This document shows, piece after piece, positions 8,563 through 18,861 of a stretch of 64,000 nt of DNA; position 1 is the first letter of the stretch; the number at the start of each line of letters is the position of its first letter. Below the pieces are notes generated by a model. That model saw only the letters and a list, made by a program, of their open reading frames with translations, searched no databases and was not told where the DNA came from. The DNA is from a virus: the IMG/VR virus record IMGVR_UViG_3300028706_000553, one strand, 5' to 3'. The position numbers and the translations under genes were made by a program.

Positions 8563-10758
8563 ATGGCATTTACAGTAAGTCCAGGAGTAGTTACTCGTGA
8601 GATTGATTTAACTACAATTGTGCCTGAGACTGGAACAACTGCAGGTGCTTTTGCTGGGGCTTTTCGCTGGGGACCCTTAGAAGAGGTTGTCAATGTTAGC
8701 AGTGAAGATCTACTCGTAGAAAATTTCCAGAAGCCTGACTCTTCAACATATCTATCTTTTTTCACAGCGGCGAACTTCTTAGCCTACGGTCAAAATTTAA
8801 ATGTTGTTCGAGTAGCAAATTCACAAGCATATAACGCAACGACAGATGCGGCAAATACTGTCTTAATTAAAAGTGACACAGCCTATTACAATACATATTA
8901 CACCGAATTTGGAGGCTCAGGAGCTTCTGATAATTACGGTGAATTTGCAGCGAAATATGCAGGGGAACTAGGTAACTCACTTAAAGTCGGATTATGTGGT
9001 GCTGACATACCAGAGCTAATTTTGACAGGAGCTGTAGCTATTGCCTTTTCAGGAAATGAAGGTACTGTTACAGGAACGTCAACTCTTTTTACAATGGAAT
9101 TACAAGTCAATGACGTTATTAAAAATAACGATGCTAGCACATATTTCATAGTAACAGCAATAGCGTCCGATACATCAGCAACAGTTCAGTCTTCAAGTAA
9201 TACTGCTGTGACTGGTTCAAATTTATTTACTAGAATGAAATCATCACATTACGAATCACCATCAACAAGTGTAATGGGAACAGTTCAAGTTTCCGATACC
9301 GCACGAAAAGTAATGACTGGAACAGGAACATATTTTGATATCAACTTGATAGCCGGTGACAAAGTAACACTTAATGGTGAAACACATTCAGTAGCTTCTA
9401 TTACAAGTAATACAAGCGCAACCTTAGAAACAGCAATTTCACCAAGTTCGACAGCAATTTCAGGTTCAATTGCATGGTCCAGAGAATGGGAGTTCGCAGG
9501 TAATTTTGATTATGCGCCTACCACTTCAGACTTTGGAACACGAAGAGGTGTAACACGAGATGAAGTTCATGTAGTTGTAGTAGATGAGGACGGAGAATGG
9601 ACAGGTGTTAAGGGAACAGTATTAGAAACTTTTCCAGCACTGTCCGTTGCCTCAGATGCTAAATCAGAAGATGGTCAAGCACTTTATTATAAAGAAGCTA
9701 TTAATAGACGGTCTAAATACATTTGGTGGATGAAACACCCTTCAGGAACGGCTGCGAGTACAGCACCTAATACTGCACTATGGGGAACTTCCGCTAATTC
9801 AGCTTCCAAGCCTGCATTTACACAGAATAGAATAACTGTTAATGCAAGCATGACAGGTGGAGCAGATGGTCAAACGTTAACTGATGCTATTACAATTACA
9901 GGATTCGATAAATTTAAGTCTTCAGAAGACATAGACATTTCATTAATGATTGCTGGATCTTGTTCTTCAACAGTTGCCAGTTATTTAATTAGTAATATTG
10001 CTGAAGTTCGAAAAGATTGTATGGTATTCATCAGTCCAGAACAAAGCGATGTTGTTAATAATGACGGCGGAGAAGTTACAGCAATTAATGATTTTAGAAA
10101 TAATTTACCTAGCACATCATATGCGGTTATTGATTCTGGATGGAAATATCAGTATGATAAATACAATGATACGTTCAGATATGTTCCGTTAAATCCAGAT
10201 GTCGCCGGACTCGTTGTACGAACAACATTGGAAAGAGATTTTTTCTTCTCACCAGCAGGCTTTAATAGAGGCCAGGTTAAAAATGTTGCTCGCCTCGCAT
10301 GGAATCCTAATAAAACGGAAAGAGACAATCTTTATAAAAATGGTGTAAACCCAGTTGTTTCGTTTTCAGGTCAAGGTACATTATTATTCGGTGACAAAAC
10401 ATTGTTGGCTAAGCCTTCGGCATTTGACCGTATTAATGTACGTAGATTGTTTATTACTTTAGAAAAATCAATTGCTATCTTCGCACAATTTTCAATGTTT
10501 GAATTTAACGATGATTTTACGCGTTCATCATTTGTTTCGGCAGTAGAACCTTTCCTTAGAGATATTCAAGGAAGAGGTGGAATTACAGATTTTGCTGTAA
10601 TTTGTGACGAATCAAATAATACACAGGAAGTTATAGATAGAAATGAGTTCATCGGAAGTATATTCGTGAAACCAACCAAATCTATTAACTTCATCTTACT
10701 CAACTTTGTTGCTGTTAGAAGCGGTGTAGAGTTTGAAGAAGTTGTGAATGCTGTATAA
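8563..10758 (+). CDS. gp18: tail sheath protein
   Basis: SPGVVTREIDLT, WGP, SPAGFNRG, LLFGDKT, FDRINVRRLF, FEFND, KPTKSINFI. Confidence 0.97.
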   Translation: MAFTVSPGVVTREIDLTTIVPETGTTAGAFAGAFRWGPLEEVVNVSSEDLLVENFQKPDSSTYLSFFTAANFLAYGQNLNVVRVANSQAYNATTDAANTVLIKSDTAYYNTYYTEFGGSGASDNYGEFAAKYAGELGNSLKVGLCGADIPELILTGAVAIAFSGNEGTVTGTSTLFTMELQVNDVIKNNDASTYFIVTAIASDTSATVQSSSNTAVTGSNLFTRMKSSHYESPSTSVMGTVQVSDTARKVMTGTGTYFDINLIAGDKVTLNGETHSVASITSNTSATLETAISPSSTAISGSIAWSREWEFAGNFDYAPTTSDFGTRRGVTRDEVHVVVVDEDGEWTGVKGTVLETFPALSVASDAKSEDGQALYYKEAINRRSKYIWWMKHPSGTAASTAPNTALWGTSANSASKPAFTQNRITVNASMTGGADGQTLTDAITITGFDKFKSSEDIDISLMIAGSCSSTVASYLISNIAEVRKDCMVFISPEQSDVVNNDGGEVTAINDFRNNLPSTSYAVIDSGWKYQYDKYNDTFRYVPLNPDVAGLVVRTTLERDFFFSPAGFNRGQVKNVARLAWNPNKTERDNLYKNGVNPVVSFSGQGTLLFGDKTLLAKPSAFDRINVRRLFITLEKSIAIFAQFSMFEFNDDFTRSSFVSAVEPFLRDIQGRGGITDFAVICDESNNTQEVIDRNEFIGSIFVKPTKSINFILLNFVAVRSGVEFEEVVNAV

Positions 10759-10761
10759 ATA
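10754..10761 (+). promoter_or_regulatory. late promoter TATAAATA
   Basis: exact consensus overlapping the gp18 stop, upstream of the tail tube genes. Confidence 0.8.
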
Positions 10762-10795
10762 AAGATAATTATACAACAATATTAGGGGAATTTAA

Positions 10796-11362
10796 ATGAG
10801 TTTTCAAGTTGATGGACAGAATAGTTTCATTTCGAAACTAGCTAAAGGAGGCGCGAGAGCTTCCCTTTTTGATGTAAATATTTCACTCAAAGGGGATGCG
10901 TCAACTACTGGTACCAATCCAAACTTCAAATTTATGTGTAAAGGTGTGCAAATCCCTGCTAACGCATTAGGTATAACTACTGTTAATTATTTTGGTCGTG
11001 CGGTTAAGATTCCAGGCAATAGAACGTTTGAGGATTTAACAACAACTGTTATAAATGATGAGGGATATTTCATCAGAAACCAATTGGAAAGTTGGATGCA
11101 TAAATTGAATTCGCACCAAGGTAATGTACGTGATGCAACCATGGTAAAAAAGTTAGATGGTTACACTGCGGATATGACAGTATGGACCTATGCGAAAACA
11201 GGGGATTTTGATCAAGGATATAAATTTGAAAATTGTTTTCCAACTGCACTAGATCAAATTGATGTAAATTGGGATCCAAATGATGCAGTAATGGAATATA
11301 CAGTTACCTGGTCTTACGATTATTGGGAGCACATAGGTATAACCGCTGATTTTGACGGATAA
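10796..11362 (+). CDS. gp19: tail tube protein (copy 1)
   Basis: GGAR, FMCK..QIP, YFGR.VKIPG.RTF, VIND, YTVTWSYDYW. Confidence 0.92.
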   Translation: MSFQVDGQNSFISKLAKGGARASLFDVNISLKGDASTTGTNPNFKFMCKGVQIPANALGITTVNYFGRAVKIPGNRTFEDLTTTVINDEGYFIRNQLESWMHKLNSHQGNVRDATMVKKLDGYTADMTVWTYAKTGDFDQGYKFENCFPTALDQIDVNWDPNDAVMEYTVTWSYDYWEHIGITADFDG

Positions 11363-11389
11363 ACGAGATAATTTTTAAGGATAGAAAAA

Positions 11390-11938
11390 ATGCCAGATTT
11401 TAGAATAAGCTCTTTTACGAGCAAGTTACAAGGTGGTGGAGCAAGATCCAATCTCATGGAAATGACATTGGGGACAGTCCCAGGAGGCGGCACTGCTACA
11501 GATTGGAAATATTTGTGTAAGGGTTCTCAAATACCACCATCAAATATTACACCAATTGAGGTACCTTATTTTGGCCGCCAAGTGAAAGTTGCTGGGGAAA
11601 GTAGAGAATTTCCTGCCTTATCTACCATAGTCGTTAATGATGAAATGCATACCCTGAAAAGCGCACTTGAGAAGTGGATGGCGATTCTTAACGGCCACAA
11701 ATCAAATAAGGCCAAAGAAGGCATATTCGCGACCAGAAGTAGTTATACTACTCAAATGACATTAAAAATGTTTAAAAAAGATGGTGAAAAAGATCAAGAG
11801 TGGAAGTTTATCGGCGCTTGGCCATCAAATGTATCAGCTATTGATTTAAGTTGGGATTCAGGGAACACAATTCAAGAATTCACCGTAGATTGGCAGTATG
11901 ACTACTACACACATGAGCAAGCAAACGTTACGTCATAA
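11390..11938 (+). CDS. gp19: tail tube protein (copy 2, diverged paralogue)
   Basis: GGARSNL, YLCK..QIP, PYFGRQVKVAG, GAWPSNVSAIDLSWD, EFTVDWQYDYY. Confidence 0.9.
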   Translation: MPDFRISSFTSKLQGGGARSNLMEMTLGTVPGGGTATDWKYLCKGSQIPPSNITPIEVPYFGRQVKVAGESREFPALSTIVVNDEMHTLKSALEKWMAILNGHKSNKAKEGIFATRSSYTTQMTLKMFKKDGEKDQEWKFIGAWPSNVSAIDLSWDSGNTIQEFTVDWQYDYYTHEQANVTS

Positions 11939-11977
11939 TAACCCGTTTGCTTTAATACTTATAGATAGAAATATATT

Positions 11978-13666
11978 ATGAAATTATTTGGATTTAATAT
12001 TGAGAGAGATCGTAAACCCGACTTACCTGCACTAAGTTTCCCGGAAAATCAGGAAGGTGCTATCGAAGCCACTTCGGCTGGTGGTGCCTTTGCTTCTTAT
12101 CTTGATTTAGAGGCATCTGCTAAAACTGACGCTGATTTAATAATGAAATATAGGGAAATGGCAGAGCATCCCGAATGTGATATGGCAATTGAAAATATTA
12201 TTCAGGAAGCCATTGTTACCAACCAAGCAAGAAATCCCGTTGATTTAGACTTAACTCATACAGATTTATCAAAAAATCTTCAAGATAGAATTTCGGATGA
12301 ATTTGAAATTATCTTGAAATTACTTGATTTTAATAATCAAGCATATGATATTTTTAAGCGTTGGTATATTGAAGGTAGAATCTTTTATCATGCAATGATA
12401 GATCCAAAAGAAATTGAAAAAGGAATTCAAGAATTAAGATTAATTGATTCTTTTAAAATTAAAAAAGTTAGACAAATAATCCCAGATCAAAAACAAGCAC
12501 CTGGTGTTTTCAAATTACCTAAATTTGAAGAGTATTATTTGTTCAATGAAAAAGGATTATTAACACCAAGTCAAATGGGTGTTAAGGTAGCTCCAGATTC
12601 TATGATAATGGCACATTCAGGAATAATGACAAGAGATAAGAAATTCGTTGTTTCTCATTTACATAAAGCCATTAAAGGATTAAATCAATTAAGAATGTTG
12701 GAAGATGCTGTCGTAATTTATAGAATAGCAAGAGCACCAGAACGAAGAATATTCTATATTGATGTAGGCAACTTGCCCAAGCAAAAAGCTGAGCAGTATC
12801 TAAAAGATATTATGACAAGATATAAAAATAAGCTTGTATATGATGCAGCATCTGGGGAGATCAAAGACGATAGACGACATCAATCAATGTTAGAGGATTA
12901 TTGGCTTCCACGAAGAGAAGGTGGAAGAGGAACGGAAATTTCTACTTTACCTGGTGGACAAAATCTAGGTGAAATGGAAGATGTTGATTATTTCAGAAAG
13001 AAATTATATCAATCATTAAATGTTCCTTTATCCCGATTAGAAGCTGATACACCTTTTGTATTAGGTAGAGCATCTGAAATTAGTAGAGATGAATTAAAAT
13101 TTTCAAGATTTATTGATAGAATTAGAATAAGATTTTCTCATCTATTTTTTCAAATAATGGAAAAGCAATTGATTCTTAAAAACGTTATTCATACATCTGA
13201 ATGGCCAAAATTAAGAGAAACTATCAGATTTAATTATGCAATGGATAATCACTTTGCTGAATTAAAAGAACAAGAATTAATGACTGATAGATTAAATATG
13301 ATGAGGGACGTAGAAGAATTAGTTGGAAATTATTATTCTAAGCAGTTTGTTAAAGATAAGATTCTTAGACTTACACCAGAAGAACAAAAGAGAATCGAAA
13401 AAGAAATTAAAAAAGAAGAAAAAGAAGCTGAAGCAGATGGTGATCAATATCCGCCACAAGCAGGAATGCCACCGGTAGTTCCACCAGTTAATAAAATTAA
13501 TGTACAGCCGGGAGCTGATCCAGGTGGTGGAACCTTTACGCCGGCGGATCAGGGCCTGGCAACATCTCAAGGAATGCAACAAGCTCAAGATGAAGTACAA
13601 CCAGAATTATTAGCAGGACAAAATTTATTAACGCTAAATAAGAAAAGAATATATGGTGGAAAATAA
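11978..13666 (+). CDS. gp20: portal vertex protein
   Basis: RWYIEGR, HKAIK..NQLRMLEDAVVIYRIARAPERRIFYIDVGNLP, EDYWLPRREGGRGTEI. Confidence 0.97.
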   Translation: MKLFGFNIERDRKPDLPALSFPENQEGAIEATSAGGAFASYLDLEASAKTDADLIMKYREMAEHPECDMAIENIIQEAIVTNQARNPVDLDLTHTDLSKNLQDRISDEFEIILKLLDFNNQAYDIFKRWYIEGRIFYHAMIDPKEIEKGIQELRLIDSFKIKKVRQIIPDQKQAPGVFKLPKFEEYYLFNEKGLLTPSQMGVKVAPDSMIMAHSGIMTRDKKFVVSHLHKAIKGLNQLRMLEDAVVIYRIARAPERRIFYIDVGNLPKQKAEQYLKDIMTRYKNKLVYDAASGEIKDDRRHQSMLEDYWLPRREGGRGTEISTLPGGQNLGEMEDVDYFRKKLYQSLNVPLSRLEADTPFVLGRASEISRDELKFSRFIDRIRIRFSHLFFQIMEKQLILKNVIHTSEWPKLRETIRFNYAMDNHFAELKEQELMTDRLNMMRDVEELVGNYYSKQFVKDKILRLTPEEQKRIEKEIKKEEKEAEADGDQYPPQAGMPPVVPPVNKINVQPGADPGGGTFTPADQGLATSQGMQQAQDEVQPELLAGQNLLTLNKKRIYGGK

Positions 13667-13832
13667 TGGTAGAGAAATTATAGCAACAATTATTGATGAT
13701 ATTGTTGCAGGCAGAGATTATAACGCACTGACTTCAGTCCAGAATGTATTACAAAAAAATACTGCTACAAGATTAACAGATTTTAAAAAAGACCAAGCTG
13801 AAACAATGTTTAAGGAAAAACAAGATGTTTAA
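13653..13832 (+). CDS. small prohead core protein, gp67-like (59 aa, below track cutoff)
   Basis: read by hand: MVENNGREIIATIIDDIVAGRDYNALTSVQNVLQKNTATRLTDFKKDQAETMFKEKQDV; syntenic with gp67 after gp20. Confidence 0.7.
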   Translation: MVENNGREIIATIIDDIVAGRDYNALTSVQNVLQKNTATRLTDFKKDQAETMFKEKQDV

Positions 13833-14112
13833 ATACGATAGAAAAACCTTTTTACCAACAGATCAACGTCAGGAATTGAATGAAATTAGTGACGATCAAA
13901 ATCCTGAATTTATGTTTCAAACAATGCATATGAAGCTTGTGATTGCTATAGCGAATGGAAAAATTAACGCTAAAAAAGCGGCATTAGAAGAGTTGGCTAA
14001 TCGTGGTTATGATAAAAACGGTAAATGGGTCGGATGGGATGAGAATCCTGCAAAAACTGCTCGAGAAACAAAAAGACGCGCAAAATTAAAATGGCTGTAC
14101 CCTTCCGGGTAG
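13825..14112 (+). CDS. hypothetical protein in head operon
   Basis: ORF overlapping the gp67-like gene; contains an LNE motif. Confidence 0.55.
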   Translation: MFKYDRKTFLPTDQRQELNEISDDQNPEFMFQTMHMKLVIAIANGKINAKKAALEELANRGYDKNGKWVGWDENPAKTARETKRRAKLKWLYPSG

Positions 14113-14148
14113 GAACGACAGAGCCAGTAAACTACGACATTAAATTAG

Positions 14149-14156
14149 TATAAATA
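14149..14156 (+). promoter_or_regulatory. late promoter TATAAATA
   Basis: exact consensus. Confidence 0.8.
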
Positions 14157-14181
14157 AAACATACACTTTAGAAAGTAGACA

Positions 14182-14448
14182 ATGAAATTAAAAGCTGCAA
14201 ATACTGCTAGTACAACAACAAATTTGAGTTTAGGAAACGCTACTGCTGTAGCCGTAACTACTACCGCTGTTACATTAATTACTATTATAGATAGTGACGG
14301 AACAGCATCGGGCACAGACGGAACTGTAGTTGGCTCAATTTCATTACCTGCTGGTTCAGTACAAATTATACAAAAAGATGCAGACCAGTTTATTAAGGCT
14401 AGTGTAACAAATGCGCAGTATACACCGGTTGCTAGGTCAAGTTATTAA
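14182..14448 (+). CDS. small virion-associated beta-rich protein
   Basis: Thr/Ala-rich ORF between a late promoter and gp21. Confidence 0.55.
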   Translation: MKLKAANTASTTTNLSLGNATAVAVTTTAVTLITIIDSDGTASGTDGTVVGSISLPAGSVQIIQKDADQFIKASVTNAQYTPVARSSY

Positions 14449-14457
14449 GGAAAACAA

Positions 14458-15108
14458 ATGAAACTAATTTGCGAAGTAAATGAAGAAATAGAAACTCTGG
14501 TTGAATCAGAGGGAGACAAAAAAGGTTATTTCATTAAAGGTGTTTTCCTTCAAGCAGAACAGAAAAACAGAAATGGTCGCATATACCCTATGGAGACTAT
14601 GGCGAAAGAAGTTGATCGTTATAGTAACCAATACATTAAAACAAATAGGGCTTTTGGCGAACTAGGTCATCCAGATGGACCCACGATTAATCTGGAAAGG
14701 GTATCGCACATGATTAAAGAGTTGAAGCAGGATGGACCCAATTTTACGGGTAAGGCGAAAATCATGGAAACTCCCTACGGGAAAATTGTTAAGAACCTAA
14801 TTGACGAAGGTGCGAAGTTAGGTGTAAGTTCCAGAGGAATGGGTTCTCTGAAAACTACAGGTGGAGCACAAATTGTGCAAAACGATTTTCATCTTGCAAC
14901 GGCTGGTGATATTGTTGCAGATCCTTCCGCCCCCATGGCTTTCGTAGAAGGCATCATGGAAGGTAGGGAATGGGTTTGGGATAACGGTATTTTAAAAGAA
15001 GCTGAAGTACAAGAAATTAAAAACGTTATAGTTAAAGAATTTGCTAAGAAAACGAGGGACGAATCGGTTTACGCTGAGTCTTTTGAAAAGTTTTTATCAA
15101 AGCTTTAA
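14458..15108 (+). CDS. gp21: prohead protease
   Basis: NRNGRIYP, GELGHP, LGVSSRGMGSL, DIVADPSAP, EGIMEG. Confidence 0.97.
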   Translation: MKLICEVNEEIETLVESEGDKKGYFIKGVFLQAEQKNRNGRIYPMETMAKEVDRYSNQYIKTNRAFGELGHPDGPTINLERVSHMIKELKQDGPNFTGKAKIMETPYGKIVKNLIDEGAKLGVSSRGMGSLKTTGGAQIVQNDFHLATAGDIVADPSAPMAFVEGIMEGREWVWDNGILKEAEVQEIKNVIVKEFAKKTRDESVYAESFEKFLSKL

Positions 15109-15111
15109 TTT

Positions 15112-15119
15112 TATAAATA
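15112..15119 (+). promoter_or_regulatory. late promoter TATAAATA
   Basis: exact consensus upstream of gp22. Confidence 0.8.
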
Positions 15120-15153
15120 TATACAGTAACTAAAAATTCATAGGAGATTGTAA

Positions 15154-16446
15154 ATGTCTGAACAAGAAACTGTCCAAAAACAGCAGTCTCTTGCCAATAG
15201 TGTGAACGAACTAGAGACTTTAGCTCAACAAGCATTGGAATTAGATGGCGAGGCAAGGGAAGAGCTCGTTGAACAGATTAAAACACGATGCGAAGAAGAG
15301 GGTCTGTCTTCCCAAGAAACTGATGAGCTATTGGAAGAGATAGGTCTTGTTCAGGAAGCACGAGTGGTACAAGAGGCTGATAATAAACCTAAAGCTGGCA
15401 AGGGCGAATCTGCTGAAAAAGTAGATGGCGACCATGGTAAAGAACAACCTGATCCAAATCAAGTAAAAGGATCTGGTACAGCTATGGGCAACCCAGTTAA
15501 GGGAAAAGCAAAATGGAGCGATAAGGGTGAATCAATGGAAAAGGTAAAAGAAGATTCCTTACCTAAAACAAAAGCCGGTATGATGGCTGCTGTTTATGAG
15601 AGATTAGGAAAACTGAAGAAAGATCAGATTTCTTCTAATTACGAATCCATTCTAAAATCCTTAGATGTAGTAACAGAAGGCACAGAAGAGTCTACTGATA
15701 CAAAACCAATTGATGTCGCTGATGATATCAACGCATTAACCGAAGGCGAAGAGCTTTCTGATACATTCAAAGAAAAAGCAAGTACTATCTTTGAAGCCGC
15801 GGTGCAAGCTAAAGTAAATTCAGTAATAATTGAAAGAGAGCAAGAACTTGAAGAACAAATGACAGTTCAGCTTTCTGAAGAGATTGACGAATATAAAGAA
15901 GAGCTAGTTAATAAGGTAGATAGCTATCTTAACTATGTTTCTGAAGAATGGGTCAAGGAAAATAAACTTGCCATTGAAAAAGGAATCCGCACAGAATTAA
16001 CAGAAGGATTCTTAGTTGGTCTTAAAAATCTATTTACTGAACATTACATTACAATCCCGGAAGAGAAAGTTGATGTTGTGGACGATCTATTTACAAAAGT
16101 AGAAGGTCTTGAAGAGCAACTCAACGGTCAAATTCAGAAAAATGTAGAAGTTCAATCAGAACTTACTAAGTTTAAAAAAGAAAAGGTCTTAGGCACTATT
16201 ACAAAAGACTTGACGGAAACCCAAAAAGAAAAAGTAGCAGATTTAGCTGAAAATGTTGATGCTGAAGACGCAGAGGACTTTGAACAGAAGGTTGAAGTAC
16301 TGAAGGAAAATTATTTTCCATCGGAAGACAAAAAAGTCGCAATGGTCGAAGACATAGAATCATCAAATGATGATGAATCCAATCCCACTCATTTACAAGA
16401 GGGAATGGATAAATACATGTCGGCTATTTCACGACAAGTTAGATAA
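15154..16446 (+). CDS. gp22: prohead scaffold/core protein
   Basis: acidic; FKEKASTIFEAAV, KVDSYLNYVSEEW, ENYF; lies between gp21 and gp23. Confidence 0.93.
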   Translation: MSEQETVQKQQSLANSVNELETLAQQALELDGEAREELVEQIKTRCEEEGLSSQETDELLEEIGLVQEARVVQEADNKPKAGKGESAEKVDGDHGKEQPDPNQVKGSGTAMGNPVKGKAKWSDKGESMEKVKEDSLPKTKAGMMAAVYERLGKLKKDQISSNYESILKSLDVVTEGTEESTDTKPIDVADDINALTEGEELSDTFKEKASTIFEAAVQAKVNSVIIEREQELEEQMTVQLSEEIDEYKEELVNKVDSYLNYVSEEWVKENKLAIEKGIRTELTEGFLVGLKNLFTEHYITIPEEKVDVVDDLFTKVEGLEEQLNGQIQKNVEVQSELTKFKKEKVLGTITKDLTETQKEKVADLAENVDAEDAEDFEQKVEVLKENYFPSEDKKVAMVEDIESSNDDESNPTHLQEGMDKYMSAISRQVR

Positions 16447-16497
16447 TAATAACAACTTTTTTTAGTAGTTTATAATAAAACATTTAGGAGATTAATA

Positions 16498-17826
16498 ATG
16501 TTTTTATCCGAAAATTTACAAGAGAAGTGGGGTCCTGTTCTTGACCATCCTGATCTTCCTCAAATCAAAGACTCTTACCGAAAAGCTGTTACAGCAGTTC
16601 TGTTAGAGAATGAGGAGAAGTCGATCCAGGAAGAAGGCGGTTCTTCACTTTTATTTGAGAGCTCTCCTACGAACGCTGTTGGTGCCGGTATAGGTAATAC
16701 AGCTGGAAATATCAAGGGTTATGACCCAGTACTTATTTCTTTAGTTCGCAGAAGTATGCCTCTCTTAATCGCATACGATGTTTGTGGTGTTCAACCTATG
16801 ACAGGTCCGACTGGCTTAATTTTCGCCATGAAGTCCCGTTATGCAAGCCAGACTGGTTCAGAAGCACTTTTCAGTGAGTCTGATTCCGGAGTATCTGGAT
16901 TGAAAGCTGGTGGAACTTCCGCTCACACATCAAATGGTAACCCCGCGGCTGCCTCATCTAGTTCACTTGCATATCTCCCAGGTCGTGGAATGACTACGAC
17001 TACGGGTGAAGCACTTGGCGATTCAGCTTCCAATGCTTTCGCAGAAATGGCCTTCTCAATTGATAAGGTAACTGTTACAGCGAAAACACGTGCTCTCAAA
17101 GGTGAGTACACGATGGAATTGGCACAAGACTTAAAAGCAATTCATGGTCTTGATGCTGAAACTGAACTTTCAAATATTTTGAGTTCAGAGATTCTGTCGG
17201 AGATTAACCGCGAAGTTATCCGAACAATTTACGGTAACGCCAAAACTGGTGCCCAAACCAACGTAGCCTCCGCCGGTACATTCGATATGGATGTCGATTC
17301 AAACGGTCGCTGGATGGTTGAGAAATTTAAGGGTCTCATGTTCCAGATTGAGCGCGAAGCTAATGCAATCGGGCACGACACACGTAGAGGAAAAGGGAAT
17401 ATCCTTATGACTTCTTCGGATGTTGCTTCCGCACTGCAAATGGCAGGAGTGCTTGATTATCAATCTGCCGTTCCAGGTGGATCGTTGAATGTTGATGATA
17501 CACAATCAACTTTTGCTGGTACTCTTAATGGTCGTTACAAAGTATATGTTGATCCATATGCAACTATTCAAGACACAAACTGGTTTGTGATTGGATATAA
17601 AGGTTCGTCAGCTTATGACGCAGGACTTTTCTACTGCCCATACGTTCCACTACAAATGGTACGTGCGGTTGGTGAGAATTCCTTCCAGCCAAAGATTGGA
17701 TTCAAAACACGATACGGAATGGTATCGAATCCTTTCTCAACAGGAACCGCTGCATCCAGTGATGGATCACTCACATATAACACAAACGTTTATTACAGAC
17801 GATGTCTTGTTACAAACTTGATGTAA
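16498..17826 (+). CDS. gp23: major capsid protein
   Basis: LVRRSMP, GVQPMTGPTGLIFAM, ELAQDLKAIHGLDAE, FYCPYVPL, FQPKIGFKTRYG. Confidence 0.98.
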   Translation: MFLSENLQEKWGPVLDHPDLPQIKDSYRKAVTAVLLENEEKSIQEEGGSSLLFESSPTNAVGAGIGNTAGNIKGYDPVLISLVRRSMPLLIAYDVCGVQPMTGPTGLIFAMKSRYASQTGSEALFSESDSGVSGLKAGGTSAHTSNGNPAAASSSSLAYLPGRGMTTTTGEALGDSASNAFAEMAFSIDKVTVTAKTRALKGEYTMELAQDLKAIHGLDAETELSNILSSEILSEINREVIRTIYGNAKTGAQTNVASAGTFDMDVDSNGRWMVEKFKGLMFQIEREANAIGHDTRRGKGNILMTSSDVASALQMAGVLDYQSAVPGGSLNVDDTQSTFAGTLNGRYKVYVDPYATIQDTNWFVIGYKGSSAYDAGLFYCPYVPLQMVRAVGENSFQPKIGFKTRYGMVSNPFSTGTAASSDGSLTYNTNVYYRRCLVTNLM

Positions 17827-17846
17827 TCTTGTATTAAATTAAGTGA

Positions 17847-17854
17847 TATAAATA
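17847..17854 (+). promoter_or_regulatory. late promoter TATAAATA
   Basis: exact consensus abutting the terminator hairpin. Confidence 0.65.
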
Positions 17855-17892
17855 AGGGTAAGGGGTCTTAGATTTCCTTACCCTTTTTTTTT
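17854..17892 (+). terminator. rho-independent terminator after gp23
   Basis: AAGGGTAAGG / CCTTACCCTT 10-bp stem followed by a T run. Confidence 0.85.
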
Positions 17893-17900
17893 GAGGTTTC

Positions 17901-18416
17901 ATGGCAGCAACAAAACAACCAGACAATATAAATTATCTTTCGCCTACTGGATTCAGGTTCTCTTGTCAAGCTCTTCCTGAAACACAATTCTATTGCTCAC
18001 AGGCGGTAATACCTGGAGTATCTATCACAGAAATACCAGTAGCAACCCCCCACAGACAACATTGGGTAGCAGGTGATAATCTTGTATATGATGAATTTAC
18101 TATCACAATGATAGTAGATGAATATATGCGAAATTGGCAAGAAATTCAGGAATGGATACTTGGATTAGGTAAGCCAGAAAGTTTTCAACAATATGAAAGA
18201 GCTAAAGCTGCAGATAAAATTAAAACACAAGGCTCTTTATTTGTACTCACCGGTTCAAAAAACCCAGCATTAAGATTTGACTTTTATGACCTATGGCCAA
18301 AATCAATATCATCAATAAACTTTGATATTCAGGCCTCTGAAATTACATATGCAACAGCAGATGTAGCTTTTCAATATAACTATTATGAAATGACGAGATT
18401 AAAACCATCAATGTAA
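17901..18416 (+). CDS. gp3: tail completion protein gp3
   Basis: NYLSPTGFRF, IVDEYMRNWQEIQEW, ADVAFQYNYY; position after gp23. Confidence 0.88.
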   Translation: MAATKQPDNINYLSPTGFRFSCQALPETQFYCSQAVIPGVSITEIPVATPHRQHWVAGDNLVYDEFTITMIVDEYMRNWQEIQEWILGLGKPESFQQYERAKAADKIKTQGSLFVLTGSKNPALRFDFYDLWPKSISSINFDIQASEITYATADVAFQYNYYEMTRLKPSM

Positions 18417-18417
18417 T

Positions 18418-18861
18418 ATGAAATTAAGTGAAATACAGTTGTTATGGCAAAAAGATTGTCATATCGACGATACTAAATTAGATGTTGAATTATTAAAAAT
18501 ACCCAATCTTCATAGTAAATATTTGGAGTTATATAATGATGAATGTCTCCAACAAAGAAAATATTTCTACGAAAAAAAGAAGCTTCTAAAGTTAAAGACT
18601 ATTTACTATGCTGGTAAAATGAGTCAAGATGAATTAGAGGAACTCGGTTGGGAACCATTCATGTATAAAATTATTAAAGGATATGAACCTAAAATAGAAA
18701 CATATCTTGCCGGTGATAATGATTTAATTAAAGCAGATGAAAAATTAGACTATATAAAACAGAAAGTAGATTTTCTAGAGTCAATTATCAAGTCCCTAAA
18801 TACTAGAGGATATAATATTCGATCAGCAATTGACTTTTTAAGATTTACAATGGGATCATGA
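18418..18861 (+). CDS. uvsY: recombination mediator UvsY
   Basis: WQKD..IDD..LD.E...IP.LHSKY, RGYNIRSAIDF. Confidence 0.9.
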   Translation: MKLSEIQLLWQKDCHIDDTKLDVELLKIPNLHSKYLELYNDECLQQRKYFYEKKKLLKLKTIYYAGKMSQDELEELGWEPFMYKIIKGYEPKIETYLAGDNDLIKADEKLDYIKQKVDFLESIIKSLNTRGYNIRSAIDFLRFTMGS

